Assembly (NCBI GenBank): GCA_965216465.1
Contig: CBDCFW010000001.1
Coordinates: forward strand, 1 to 64,000
DNA length: 64,000 nt
Direction: 5' to 3'
Source: Bacteroidia bacterium
GTDB taxonomy: Bacteria; Bacteroidota; Bacteroidia; NS11-12g; UBA9320
The translations under genes were made by a program, and so were the position numbers. Below the pieces are notes generated by a model. That model made no database searches and was not told where the DNA came from. It was given only the letters and a program-made list of their open reading frames with translations. Below, piece by piece: positions 7,019 through 16,977 of this stretch. Every line of letters starts with the position of its first letter. The first letter of the stretch is position 1.

Positions 7019-10000
7019 CGGCGATTTTGTTGCTCACAAAATACATATCTACCTCACCTTTACCCTTAGCACTAATCTTTCCGCGGTGTTCAAATTCAAA
7101 CAATGCATCATCTTTAATCAGTTCATAGGTTTCTTGAGAGATGTTTACCTTGCCGACCTCACCACTGCTTTCCATGCGAGATGCAGTATTTACGGTATCT
7201 CCCCAAATGTCGTATTGAAATTTCTTTACTCCCACAATGCCCGCAACTACCGGCCCGGTATGAACACCGACACGCATCTTAAACGATTCTTTGCCTTCTT
7301 TTTCAAAGTTTAAGGATCGCTCTTCGATGAATGCTTGCATTTCCAATGCAGCAATAACAGCCTGTTGTGCTACATTAGGTTGTTCTATGGGTAATCCGCT
7401 TGCAGCCATATAAGCGTCACCTATCGTCTTAATTTTTTCAATTCCGTGTTTCTCCATGATTTGATCAAAGGCCTTGAAACAGCTGTTTATGCGTTCAACC
7501 ACTTCTTTTGGATCGAGTTTTGAAGATATCTCTGTAAACTTCACAAAGTCAGTGAAAATCACAGACACTAAATCGTAACCACGGGCTTGTGACTCTCCCT
7601 TCTCTTTCAGTTCGTGTGCTATTTCCTCTGGTAGAATATTTAGAAGCAGCTCATCAGATTTTTGCTTCTCTTTCCTAACTTCAGCTGTTCGATCGTCGAC
7701 TATTCTCTCCAAGCGCTCTTTATCTTGCTTCAATTTAGCGGTACGCCATCGTATAATTAGAATTACGATTATTACACCAAACAATACATAAAATGTGTAT
7801 GCGGTTTTAGAAAAGTACCAAGGCGGAAGTATTTCGAATTGATACAGCCGAGAATCAGACCACTTAAACCCTCCTTTCCTACATTGCACTTCCAGTACAT
7901 ATTTGCCATGTCTGAGAGCCGTAAAGTCGGCAACTGGCTGCTCCTTGGTTTTGCTCCAATGTTGATTTGATCCTCTTAATTTGTATCTATATTGTGTTCT
8001 GTGAGCCGAGCGAAGATCTACCATACTAAATCCAAACCGAATTCTACTTGCAGTGGGGAATAGCTTTAGATTAGTTGGTACATTGGTAAAGTGATCAGCA
8101 GAGTCCCACTTCGCTTTTTTACTTTTTCCATCAGAAGCAAAAGACTGAATCTCGTCATCTACTTCAACCCAACTAATAATCGGAATATTCTCACTTTTAG
8201 ATAGCAATTCATTGGGTCGAACTTTAATAATTGCATCGCCATTTTGAAGGTACAACACCCCATTTAAATAGGCCTCGCCACTATGACTGGCAAAGTAGTC
8301 TGCATTTAAACCATCCAGTTTAGAAAACTCTAAAATCTCCAGCTGGTCATCTTTTCCAGAAAGAACCCTATTTAAGTTAGCCCCTTCTATTACCTGTAGG
8401 CTTTGACCACCTAACCAAGCGTTGCCAAATGAGTCAGTATACAGAACTTTAATGTAATTGCTTGAAAGTCCGTTTTTAATATCCAAACGGAAATATTTTT
8501 CCCCTTTAGTCGCGTAAAAGCCATTTGACCACGACCCATTTAAGAATATGCTGTCTGTGCTCATGGCTGCTGTCCAAGGAAATCCATACACCTCAGAAAC
8601 TAAACTAGTCCACCCGTTATCCAATCTCCGCATAATACCAAAATCTCCATGCGTAACCATAACGTTTCCTTGCTTGTCTAGTGAAAGCGTATTTACAGGT
8701 TGTTTGATATGCGGAATTTCATCACTAAATCGTTCACCATCAAATGAATAGAGATGACTTGGCCCTCCAATCCATAGCTTATTATGACGATCTACTTCGA
8801 GGTCAGAGATAATCATTTCTAATCCTTGTGGCTTGCCGTACATGTACAATGAATCGCCATCAAGTCTTCCAATTTGAGTGCCCGTGCTTATGTAAACATC
8901 TCCATCTTTTAAGGCCAATCTTACGTTGTCTTTCCATCCAAAATGATCAAGTACTTGATTATGTTTCCATATTTCTTCTGTTTCAGGATTATATATATAA
9001 AGCCCTTCTTTGTTCGCTATCCAAAGCTTTCCATTCACTTCAAGGAGATCTGTTTGATCTATCAACTTTTCTTTTAAGTTTATGGTAGAAATTAGTCCTT
9101 CAGCAATAACTTGAAACCCATCGTCAATTGTACTCACCCACACTTGGCCGTTTTGGTCTTCGAACATGTTTCGAATTGTCATTGAGTAAAATGAGTTGTT
9201 ATAGTATGATTCAATGGGCAAGGTAAAAACAATGTTTTCATCAATAACATTCATGTCGTCACCATTACATATCCAAACTTTTCCTTTCGAATCACACAGA
9301 ATTTCTCGTGGCTTTAGACTTGATAAGCCAGAAGATGTGTCGTAAGCCAAATAGTTTTCCTCTTCAAACAGAATTAGCCCTTTATCACTAGCAATCCAAA
9401 CCCGATCATCCACATCGACCCCTACTGAATTTAATACCCCCAGATTATGAAGGTGAGCTGTAATAACTTTTTGGTTTTTCACTATTCCAACATGACCTTT
9501 GCCAACTATATAAACGGTACCATCTGAAGCTGTTGAAGCACTTCTAACTCCTTCGTTCAACCACGGTGCTTTACCGATTTCAACAACCCGATTTCCATCC
9601 AATCTGAATAGCGATGAATCTTTTTGCAATAATAAATTCCCATCATTATTTGTTCCTATAAGGTTTACACCATCCAGACTAGATTGGTTCAGAAAGTTTC
9701 CATCAAAACGCATAAGCCTTTTATCCCAGCCTTTAACAAACCAAATGTTTCCATGTGGGTCTGTAATGGGATCCATTGATGAGGTTAACATGCCTGTTTC
9801 AGGAACGAACAACTTGTTGTAGGTTCCATCAAATGACTTTATTGCTTCGTAGGTATACCATAACACGCCGTTCTTATCTTGTGTCATTCCGCTCACTTTG
9901 TTATCAACCAATCCATTATCTACATCATACATTCTAACTCTGAAGGGTGAGTTGGTTTCGACACTTTTGGCTTGCACCCGTTGCGTTAACGTAGCCTGTA

Positions 10001-10403
10001 ATGCAATACTCCTAAATGTCAAATCGATTGTTTTTGCATTATCTAGCAGCTGTGTATCTATATCTGTGTAGTTGTAATGCTTGGGTTCACCAAGCATCGT
10101 TTGTTGATATGCTTTTCCGAGATATTCCGGCTCATCAATTTTGAACGCTTGAGGTGGATGTGTAGCTGGTTTTAGCACTGGATCGATATGGAACAAGCGT
10201 CTTGTATCATAACCGTTCCCAAGTGTGTCTAAAACGATAAACATGCTGTCAATCTCTTGCTCACTAAAGGTATCAGATAGATTTTCTTGTATAGCGTGAA
10301 CTATGGACTCTGAACTTGTGTCATTCGACAAATTACATGCTGCAAGGGCAATGGAAATTGTAAAAAATCCAATTGCAATTTGGGGTAATTTGAAGGAGTT
10401 CAC
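7008..10403 (-). CDS. membrane-bound class III adenylate cyclase with beta-propeller and Y_Y_Y sensor region
   Basis: Reg_prop-like repeats, QYRYKL (Y_Y_Y), ILPPWY plus TM helix, coiled coil, cyclase motifs FTDFVKFT, EKIKTIGDAYM and YDIWGDTVNTASRMES. Confidence 0.92.
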   Translation of the reverse strand: MNSFKLPQIAIGFFTISIALAACNLSNDTSSESIVHAIQENLSDTFSEQEIDSMFIVLDTLGNGYDTRRLFHIDPVLKPATHPPQAFKIDEPEYLGKAYQQTMLGEPKHYNYTDIDTQLLDNAKTIDLTFRSIALQATLTQRVQAKSVETNSPFRVRMYDVDNGLVDNKVSGMTQDKNGVLWYTYEAIKSFDGTYNKLFVPETGMLTSSMDPITDPHGNIWFVKGWDKRLMRFDGNFLNQSSLDGVNLIGTNNDGNLLLQKDSSLFRLDGNRVVEIGKAPWLNEGVRSASTASDGTVYIVGKGHVGIVKNQKVITAHLHNLGVLNSVGVDVDDRVWIASDKGLILFEEENYLAYDTSSGLSSLKPREILCDSKGKVWICNGDDMNVIDENIVFTLPIESYYNNSFYSMTIRNMFEDQNGQVWVSTIDDGFQVIAEGLISTINLKEKLIDQTDLLEVNGKLWIANKEGLYIYNPETEEIWKHNQVLDHFGWKDNVRLALKDGDVYISTGTQIGRLDGDSLYMYGKPQGLEMIISDLEVDRHNKLWIGGPSHLYSFDGERFSDEIPHIKQPVNTLSLDKQGNVMVTHGDFGIMRRLDNGWTSLVSEVYGFPWTAAMSTDSIFLNGSWSNGFYATKGEKYFRLDIKNGLSSNYIKVLYTDSFGNAWLGGQSLQVIEGANLNRVLSGKDDQLEILEFSKLDGLNADYFASHSGEAYLNGVLYLQNGDAIIKVRPNELLSKSENIPIISWVEVDDEIQSFASDGKSKKAKWDSADHFTNVPTNLKLFPTASRIRFGFSMVDLRSAHRTQYRYKLRGSNQHWSKTKEQPVADFTALRHGKYVLEVQCRKGGFKWSDSRLYQFEILPPWYFSKTAYTFYVLFGVIIVILIIRWRTAKLKQDKERLERIVDDRTAEVRKEKQKSDELLLNILPEEIAHELKEKGESQARGYDLVSVIFTDFVKFTEISSKLDPKEVVERINSCFKAFDQIMEKHGIEKIKTIGDAYMAASGLPIEQPNVAQQAVIAALEMQAFIEERSLNFEKEGKESFKMRVGVHTGPVVAGIVGVKKFQYDIWGDTVNTASRMESSGEVGKVNISQETYELIKDDALFEFEHRGKISAKGKGEVDMYFVSNKIADDQ

Positions 10404-10522
10404 GGGTCTAAGATAGGTAAATGAGTTGTGCTGGTCCTATAAAAGCAGATAATTTGTTGGGATACACTCTCACAATCGGGCCTGCATAATCTTTTTGACA
10501 AATTCCTAAGAGTTAAGAATCT

Positions 10523-11248
10523 TCAATCACAGGAATAAGTAAAACTGAAAGCTCCTCCTGGATCTGAAGAGCTATATGCTGGAAATCCACATTCGTTTAT
10601 CGAATCGTAAGTATAGGTTTTCCAGTCAACACCATTTCTTCTTTCTAAGTGCACATTATTGTACGATCTTCTGAACTGCAGACTAGGTATGCTATAATAT
10701 GGATTTCGTTCTGTTCCGTATTCAAGTTCTGAAGTTGCCACTTCTTCCAAGACCCCATCAAGGTCTGGGTCTGCATACGTCACTCTTGATGCAACATTGC
10801 CATCTTTGTGATGAGAAACAATCATAACAGTAACAATACTATCATTATTAAAAAACCAAGCCGTGTCACTCAATCCGAAGCTTAACAACCAAGCGTTTGC
10901 CTCTTGACCAGGACTATTATAATGTCTAAGCCAGTACTTTGAATCTGATAAGTAGTCTAACACATAGCTTGCTGTCCCATCCTCATTAACTAATGAATCC
11001 AAGCGATTTCCTGTCCAGGCGTATTGCTGCGTATACTCGGTGGAGTCGTTAATTCGTGCGAACGATTCCACAACTCTTCCATTATTATCGTACTTAAACG
11101 TTTCAAGGTTACCTCCCCACTTAATTGAAGTTGTTCTGCACACTGGAGTCTTGGGTTCTGTTGGAGAATCTTTACAGCTAACGGAAAGCAACGTAAAAAT
11201 ACATATGCCTAAAAGAGTTTTATGGATTGACGCTATTGAAACAGCCAT
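10523..11248 (-). CDS. hypothetical lipoprotein with YD-like beta repeats
   Basis: Lipobox SVSC; FKYDNNGRV, YGTERNPY. Confidence 0.7.
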   Translation of the reverse strand: MAVSIASIHKTLLGICIFTLLSVSCKDSPTEPKTPVCRTTSIKWGGNLETFKYDNNGRVVESFARINDSTEYTQQYAWTGNRLDSLVNEDGTASYVLDYLSDSKYWLRHYNSPGQEANAWLLSFGLSDTAWFFNNDSIVTVMIVSHHKDGNVASRVTYADPDLDGVLEEVATSELEYGTERNPYYSIPSLQFRRSYNNVHLERRNGVDWKTYTYDSINECGFPAYSSSDPGGAFSFTYSCD

Positions 11249-11304
11249 TTCTATATAAGATTAAATCGCAATCTTACAAATGTAGGGAATTTCCACCCTA
11301 GGCC

Positions 11305-13023
11305 CTACTCAGAGTGAATACTCAAATCATAAACGCCATTTGAATCAGACTTATTTCTTGCAGCAATCCTCAGAATGTATCTTCCTTTTTCAAGTTTGAA
11401 TTGATGGCCTTGATTTGTTGGCTTAATTACTTTACCATTTGGATTTGTTAATTGCAACACAAACTCGCTTGAATCTGTTAAATCGAAAGTCCACTTGCCT
11501 TTAGATGGGACCATAACGTGCATTTCATGAGCTCGCCCCTCTCCCAGTTCTGGGTAAATTAGGGTGTTTTCATATTCCTCTTTAACCCAATGACCACCTT
11601 GATTAAAGAGTGTTCGGTTACCATTTACATCATAGCCAAAAGAATCAGTGCGAATAAAAGAATCGGCTTGAAAATAGCTAACTGAATGAAGCGACAGCTT
11701 TCCTTCGTTGTTGTACTCGAATTGCTCTTGTTTCATAAAGTCGGGATAACTTTCGGTTATTTTGGATTTAAGAATCCCGTATTCAGCATATGCGAAATGA
11801 ACGTCATCGTTTGGACCGTGTATCACTTCATGCCTAACAATTCTTCCTTCAACATCGTAGTGAAATTTAGTATAACCGATGTACGATCGATAAAACGCCA
11901 TGTAGCCTTCATACCAGCCTTCGTTATAAATGGTGTCCGTTTCTAGGCTTCCTAAATGATAAACTCTTTCGATCTCATTTAGCATAATGTCTGGGTCTGG
12001 CTTAGAATTTTCTACATCGCCATCTTCATCCGTATCCCAATCGTTTAACGTCGACTCTCCTGAAAATTTCTCTTCTCCTGTCAAAATATTTACGAGTAGA
12101 TATTGTTCGTAATCAGCAGCATAAACATGCTCATAGGTAAACCTTTCAGCATGTCTTCCTTGAGCGTTAAGGGTGTAATAAACAAATGAACCGTCTCGCA
12201 TAATTTCGTTATCAAATGCTATTCTTGATGTCAGTCCATTTGCAAAAGTATCGATCTCATAGTCTGGGTGTCCACCGTAATCATAGTGTGCATATTCTTC
12301 ATGAATTAGGGGTTTTTTAGGGTTGATGATAGGAAGCTTGTTGATCAAAGTATCTATTGTTCCATCAGCACTCGTTTTAGTCCGAAGCATTAGCGACCGA
12401 GAAGGAAATGTTTTTAGGCGATCAGTTATTGCTTCTTTCGATGAGGTATTTAGTCTTGTTTCTTCTTGAATATCATTGTCTAAATACTTAATTGTAACAA
12501 CTTCAAAAATCACATCGGGATTGTGGAATCGCTCTATTTTAATGACGTCTTTATTTTCATTCAAATACCACTTTTCTAACAGTGCTTTTGAATGGCTATT
12601 GCCACTAAACATTGACACTTCATTGTCATCATAGTTGTACTCAAAGAATCGTTTCATTCCTTGAATATCATATTCCACTACATCTCCTTGATCGTTGTGC
12701 CTGTTTATTCGTGTAAAGCTTGTGTCGCGATTTGAGTTTATGGTATAAGCCTTTAGTTTCAGTCCGTTTTCGTCAAATTCATTGCAGTACATGGTACCTG
12801 TATCGTTATCCCCGCTAACTCTGTACCATTTAGTTTGTTGTCCAAAGCTATTTCTCTCAGTATATTCGACGCTGGATGGATTAATTTTCTTCGATGTTTG
12901 ATAAAAGGTGTGTTTGACTGAAAATTTATACTCTCCCGGACACTCAAGCACTTTTATTTGGGCTATCAATTGAGCAGGAAAGAGCACGATTAGAATAAAA
13001 AGAAGCGTTTGGAAGAATTTCAT
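11305..13023 (-). CDS. secreted YD/RHS-like repeat protein with C-terminal beta-sandwich
   Basis: Signal peptide from ATG 13023; repeats YDVEGRI, YNNEGKL and YDVNGNR; PPC-like tail GRYILRI...GVYDLSI. Confidence 0.7.
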   Translation of the reverse strand: MKFFQTLLFILIVLFPAQLIAQIKVLECPGEYKFSVKHTFYQTSKKINPSSVEYTERNSFGQQTKWYRVSGDNDTGTMYCNEFDENGLKLKAYTINSNRDTSFTRINRHNDQGDVVEYDIQGMKRFFEYNYDDNEVSMFSGNSHSKALLEKWYLNENKDVIKIERFHNPDVIFEVVTIKYLDNDIQEETRLNTSSKEAITDRLKTFPSRSLMLRTKTSADGTIDTLINKLPIINPKKPLIHEEYAHYDYGGHPDYEIDTFANGLTSRIAFDNEIMRDGSFVYYTLNAQGRHAERFTYEHVYAADYEQYLLVNILTGEEKFSGESTLNDWDTDEDGDVENSKPDPDIMLNEIERVYHLGSLETDTIYNEGWYEGYMAFYRSYIGYTKFHYDVEGRIVRHEVIHGPNDDVHFAYAEYGILKSKITESYPDFMKQEQFEYNNEGKLSLHSVSYFQADSFIRTDSFGYDVNGNRTLFNQGGHWVKEEYENTLIYPELGEGRAHEMHVMVPSKGKWTFDLTDSSEFVLQLTNPNGKVIKPTNQGHQFKLEKGRYILRIAARNKSDSNGVYDLSIHSE

Positions 13024-13074
13024 TTTCGAAGCGAAAATACGAGAATTGAGTTCTGAGAGCAAAGTTCCAATGCC

Positions 13075-14276
13075 TTACCTCTCTTGAATAATTATCGATT
13101 CTTCGAAAATGCCTAAAGTTGTTCGAATAAGCATGCTATAGTGACCTGGCGCTAAATGCTTGATCGACATAGTATAGGCACTTTCAGTTCCATTTGCAAT
13201 CTCTACATCATGCTCCTTCCCCAACATATCATGTACAGTCACCCCCGTAATGTAATATCCTTTTTGCAATTTTATTTTAAGTTCTGTGCTGCTCGGATTC
13301 GGATACACTTGAAGCCAAGCCTGGCTTTCAGTTTCACTTTGAACAGACAACAACGAATCGGTAACCACAATAGTTTGGTCGCATGTATCCGGACAAGTCG
13401 GGGTAAACTCAGGAGGTGTATAATCGGGTATCATCTTAATCTTGTACACTCCAGCTTTATCAAAAGTGTTGGAAATTGTTGAATCGGGATAGAACTTGGT
13501 GAAGGTATCGGTCTTGTTAAAATCCCAAATGTACCGGGTATACAGAGGATCGCAGCTTGCGGTGTAAATTATGTTTTGGTTGCGTGCGACGACGGAGTCA
13601 CTGACTATTATTTCTGCCTCAGCTCTATCGATTATGATGACCATCATTTCTCTCTTGTTCACTAATCTGCTATTCGTATCAGGAAAAACCCTATTGCATC
13701 TCAGGTTTGAACCAGACATATCACTTGTCATTGTCATTGAAAGATTGTAACGACCTGGTTGCTTATAAGCATGACTTGTTGTGCGCCAACCGGCACCAGG
13801 ATTGGTCACTTGACCATCACCCCAATTTATTCCGTAGACCTCATCTAATTTATCGCCACCGCTTAAATTATATATAAATACAGAATCGCCTATGCAGAAA
13901 TATTGTGAATCTCGTTCAATCCAAAAGTCAAAATCAAATTCAGGTTGCGGTCCTGGAACAAATAAGGAATTTGTACCCGAATCTACACATCCAGAATCGG
14001 TTTGAATTTTAATTTAATCCGCATCCATCCTCCTTGAGTATAAGAATGTGCAGGATTCTGAATCAGCGAATTGCGTGTTCCATCACCAAAATCCCACTCA
14101 TACCGAACAATGGGGTCACTTAACGACGATGTGCTTTGGTCACTAAATTCAACCCGAAAATCGCAGTTTATCATGGTGTCAGCATAAGTGAATTCTGTAA
14201 TTAGCGAATCGCACTGTGCAAACGCAAAATTTAAAGTGGTAAATAGAAAGCTAGTAAGCAGCAAAAGGTTTTTCAT
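13075..14276 (-). pseudogene. PKD-domain protein with T9SS type A CTD, split by a frameshift
   Basis: Track ORFs 13983-14276 and 13075-13809 join if one base is added to the run at 14007-14010 (LKIQTDSGCVDS...INWGDGQVTNPG), giving 400 aa. WDFGDG and VYPNPS motifs present. Confidence 0.8.
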
Positions 14277-14378
14277 GGGTCTGTTGTTGGTTTGTTAACA
14301 GACGATAAGCCTCGAAAATGAGTTGCTTTTGTGACAAAAAACGGAATTGAATTATTCTCAACTAGATTTCATTGAGGT

Positions 14379-14915
14379 CTAATTAGTGGTAACAAGAAAT
14401 GAATAATTGACCATAACAGCATTACTCGTATCTCCATTTCCATTCATTACATATCTGAACTTAAAAAAGATCTTGTCGTCTTTAATATAGTTAAGTACGT
14501 TTTGACTAGAAACCACTTCTAGCGGGTTTTCTTCGCCATCACTAACAAATGGCCCTTCCCCTCTAGCTAACAAAATGCTCTCCAAACCATCCTCAATAAG
14601 ATAGACTTCAATCTTGTCAAATAAAGAAATATCCGAAATCGAACCAGAATTGGTTGGTATCTCCTTAACACTAAATTGAGAGGGTACAATATAATTAAGA
14701 TTGTTAATGTTCGCTCCGTGATGCGATACGGCATCAAAGAAATAAGTTCCAAAATAGGGTTCTATTTCAGTATACGTACTATCACCTGCTTGAAAAGGAG
14801 CTAATGCCATACCGATAGCATAATGGGAATAATTAAACTGTAAAGTAACATTGGCCTTTTGGCATGATAGACCACTTATAACTGCAAATGAGACTATGTA
14901 GATAGCGTTTTTAAT
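14379..14915 (-). CDS. hypothetical lipoprotein, apparent ATT start
   Basis: The frame stays open upstream of the track ATG (14810) to ATT at 14915 and encodes KNAIYIVSFAVIRCLSCQK, a lipobox-like LSC. An in-frame TAA lies three codons further upstream. Confidence 0.55.
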   Translation of the reverse strand: MKNAIYIVSFAVISGLSCQKANVTLQFNYSHYAIGMALAPFQAGDSTYTEIEPYFGTYFFDAVSHHGANINNLNYIVPSQFSVKEIPTNSGSISDISLFDKIEVYLIEDGLESILLARGEGPFVSDGEENPLEVVSSQNVLNYIKDDKIFFKFRYVMNGNGDTSNAVMVNYSFLVTTN

Positions 14916-14980
14916 GGATGAAAGTTAAGTGAATATTATGCTCTATGCAAACTGCATTTGTGAAATATTCGCGTGGTTCT

Positions 14981-16852
14981 TCAAAGCTGAAAGTATTTTA
15001 CAGTTGCCTTTAGCCCTGTGCCTGTCAAAACTTGAATGTAGTACATTCCGCTTTCTAAGTCTGATTGTATATCTATCGACTGTTTACCGCCCATATCCAC
15101 TGATTGCACAACTTGACCTAAAGAATTGACTAGTCTACACTCTATTTCTTCAAAATAATTCCCAATTTGTATTCGAATTAAGTTTTCGCCAGGATTTGGG
15201 AAGACCATCAATGGAATCTCAGAGTCAGAATATTGTATCCCTCCTGCGAAATTGTAACATTCAGAAGTGTCGATACAACCGTCCTTTTCAATTATAACAA
15301 GATAGTTTCCCCATTCCAAAGGTGAAAATGACCGCTCTTGGGGAATGTTGTTTATGCGTACCATGGAATCAGAACACTTCAACCACTGATAACTTGCATC
15401 TAACTCTATCGCCTCTAAAGATTCTCCGGTTTGCTTTATTCCTCGAGACAGATGGCTTGGAACAATTTGAAGGTGAATAGTTATTACACTATCGCACCCC
15501 ATTGTGTTGTTGACTGTATCGATGTATGTGCCACTTGTTGACCAAATGAACTTACCGCTTGGGGACCTAAAGTTTTTACAGCTTTCTATAGTTTGTTCTG
15601 AATAGGTTTTATTACAATAGGTAAATATTCGTGCTTGCCCCTTTGGCATATTCATGCTTCCTCCTCTATTCAACCCTGGCACCCCTACTAACAGACTCTT
15701 GTTATAAATAGACGCAGACTGACCAAAATAGTCGCTGTCAGATATTATTCCCCCTTCCAGAATTTGATTAAGAACCCAGACATTGCTCGAATTTCGAGAA
15801 TAGATGTAAACAGTGCCTGAAGCAAAAGAATTGTATTCACAGACAACTAAAAACTTATTGGACATTGAAATCTCATGGCCAAAATAATATCTTGGTGAAG
15901 ACACCTCTTTTGAGATGGTTTGATGATGCTCCCATTTGCCATTAAGCTTAAAAATTGAGACACTTCCTGGGCCAAGTAAAAAGAAACTTCCTCCTTTATT
16001 AGGACTGCCCACGACTAAGAATGAATCTGTTATCGAAACACTTGAACCGAACCACTCATAATCCTGAGGAGCAGTTGAAACCAAGGTGTCAAAGACTTCC
16101 CAGCTATTCTGAGAAGATTTTTTGTAAACTAAAACAGCACCAGCAGAAGTATTCCCTTCTTGATGAGACCCAGGACATCCTATAACTAAAAAGGAATCAT
16201 TGACGGCAATTGAATATCCAAATTGGTAGATTGAATCAAAGTCTGAAGGATAAATTCTCTCGCTAAGAAGCCATGAATTACCCGATTTAGTATAGTGGTA
16301 TACTGCACCTGACGCTGTTTGTTTCATATTAGAGTCTAACCACCATTCAGATGGAGCACCTACATAGATATTGTCATCGAACACCTTAACCTCTTCTCCA
16401 TAGTCTGTGCTCTTTTCCAACAACGGAGGTCTTAAAATCTGTACCTCAGTAAATTGATCATCACCATTTCGTTCAAACACATAAGCCTTTCCTACATTGT
16501 CGCGTTCAACTTGAGAGTGATTGGGATAACTCACCCCTATAACGGCATATTTGCCATTCAGCGAAAGTGAGCTACCAAAAAAATTATCTATGTCGTTGTC
16601 GCTTGCTTGTATTTGTTGAAGTTCAATCCAATTTTTAGCAGAGTCCCGTTTGTAAATGTAGGCTACTCCTTTGGTATCTCTGTATTTTGCACTGACTAGA
16701 GCGTAATTTTCGAATATATCGACGCCACTGCCTAAACCGTCATCATATTTTCCATCTGATGCATATAAGTGATTTGTTAAATGCCACTGCTGAGCTTGAA
16801 CGGACAAAACACTCGACAAAAGGATTAGAATAAAGTTTAGTCTCAAAGTCAT
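14981..16852 (-). CDS. FG-GAP repeat beta-propeller protein with T9SS type A CTD
   Basis: Repeats FGSSLSL, FGYSIAV, FGSSVSI and GAVYHY/GKAYVF; VFPNPG CTD; signal peptide from ATG 16852. Confidence 0.88.
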   Translation of the reverse strand: MTLRLNFILILLSSVLSVQAQQWHLTNHLYASDGKYDDGLGSGVDIFENYALVSAKYRDTKGVAYIYKRDSAKNWIELQQIQASDNDIDNFFGSSLSLNGKYAVIGVSYPNHSQVERDNVGKAYVFERNGDDQFTEVQILRPPLLEKSTDYGEEVKVFDDNIYVGAPSEWWLDSNMKQTASGAVYHYTKSGNSWLLSERIYPSDFDSIYQFGYSIAVNDSFLVIGCPGSHQEGNTSAGAVLVYKKSSQNSWEVFDTLVSTAPQDYEWFGSSVSITDSFLVVGSPNKGGSFFLLGPGSVSIFKLNGKWEHHQTISKEVSSPRYYFGHEISMSNKFLVVCEYNSFASGTVYIYSRNSSNVWVLNQILEGGIISDSDYFGQSASIYNKSLLVGVPGLNRGGSMNMPKGQARIFTYCNKTYSEQTIESCKNFRSPSGKFIWSTSGTYIDTVNNTMGCDSVITIHLQIVPSHLSRGIKQTGESLEAIELDASYQWLKCSDSMVRINNIPQERSFSPLEWGNYLVIIEKDGCIDTSECYNFAGGIQYSDSEIPLMVFPNPGENLIRIQIGNYFEEIECRLVNSLGQVVQSVDMGGKQSIDIQSDLESGMYYIQVLTGTGLKATVKYFQL

Positions 16853-16977
16853 CTTCACAAAGATAGCGAAGAAAATGTTCAAGGCATAAAGCCTTCTTTT
16901 TACACGCTTTGGAATGTTTGCATAAAAGCTTATAACAACCTCAGAAACTAAGACTCTCAGAAGATTATTTTAGTGCA

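Noticed and set aside
11305-13023. Possible RHS polymorphic toxin
   Set aside because: No RHS core PxxxxDPxG motif, toxin tip or immunity gene; only YD-like repeats.
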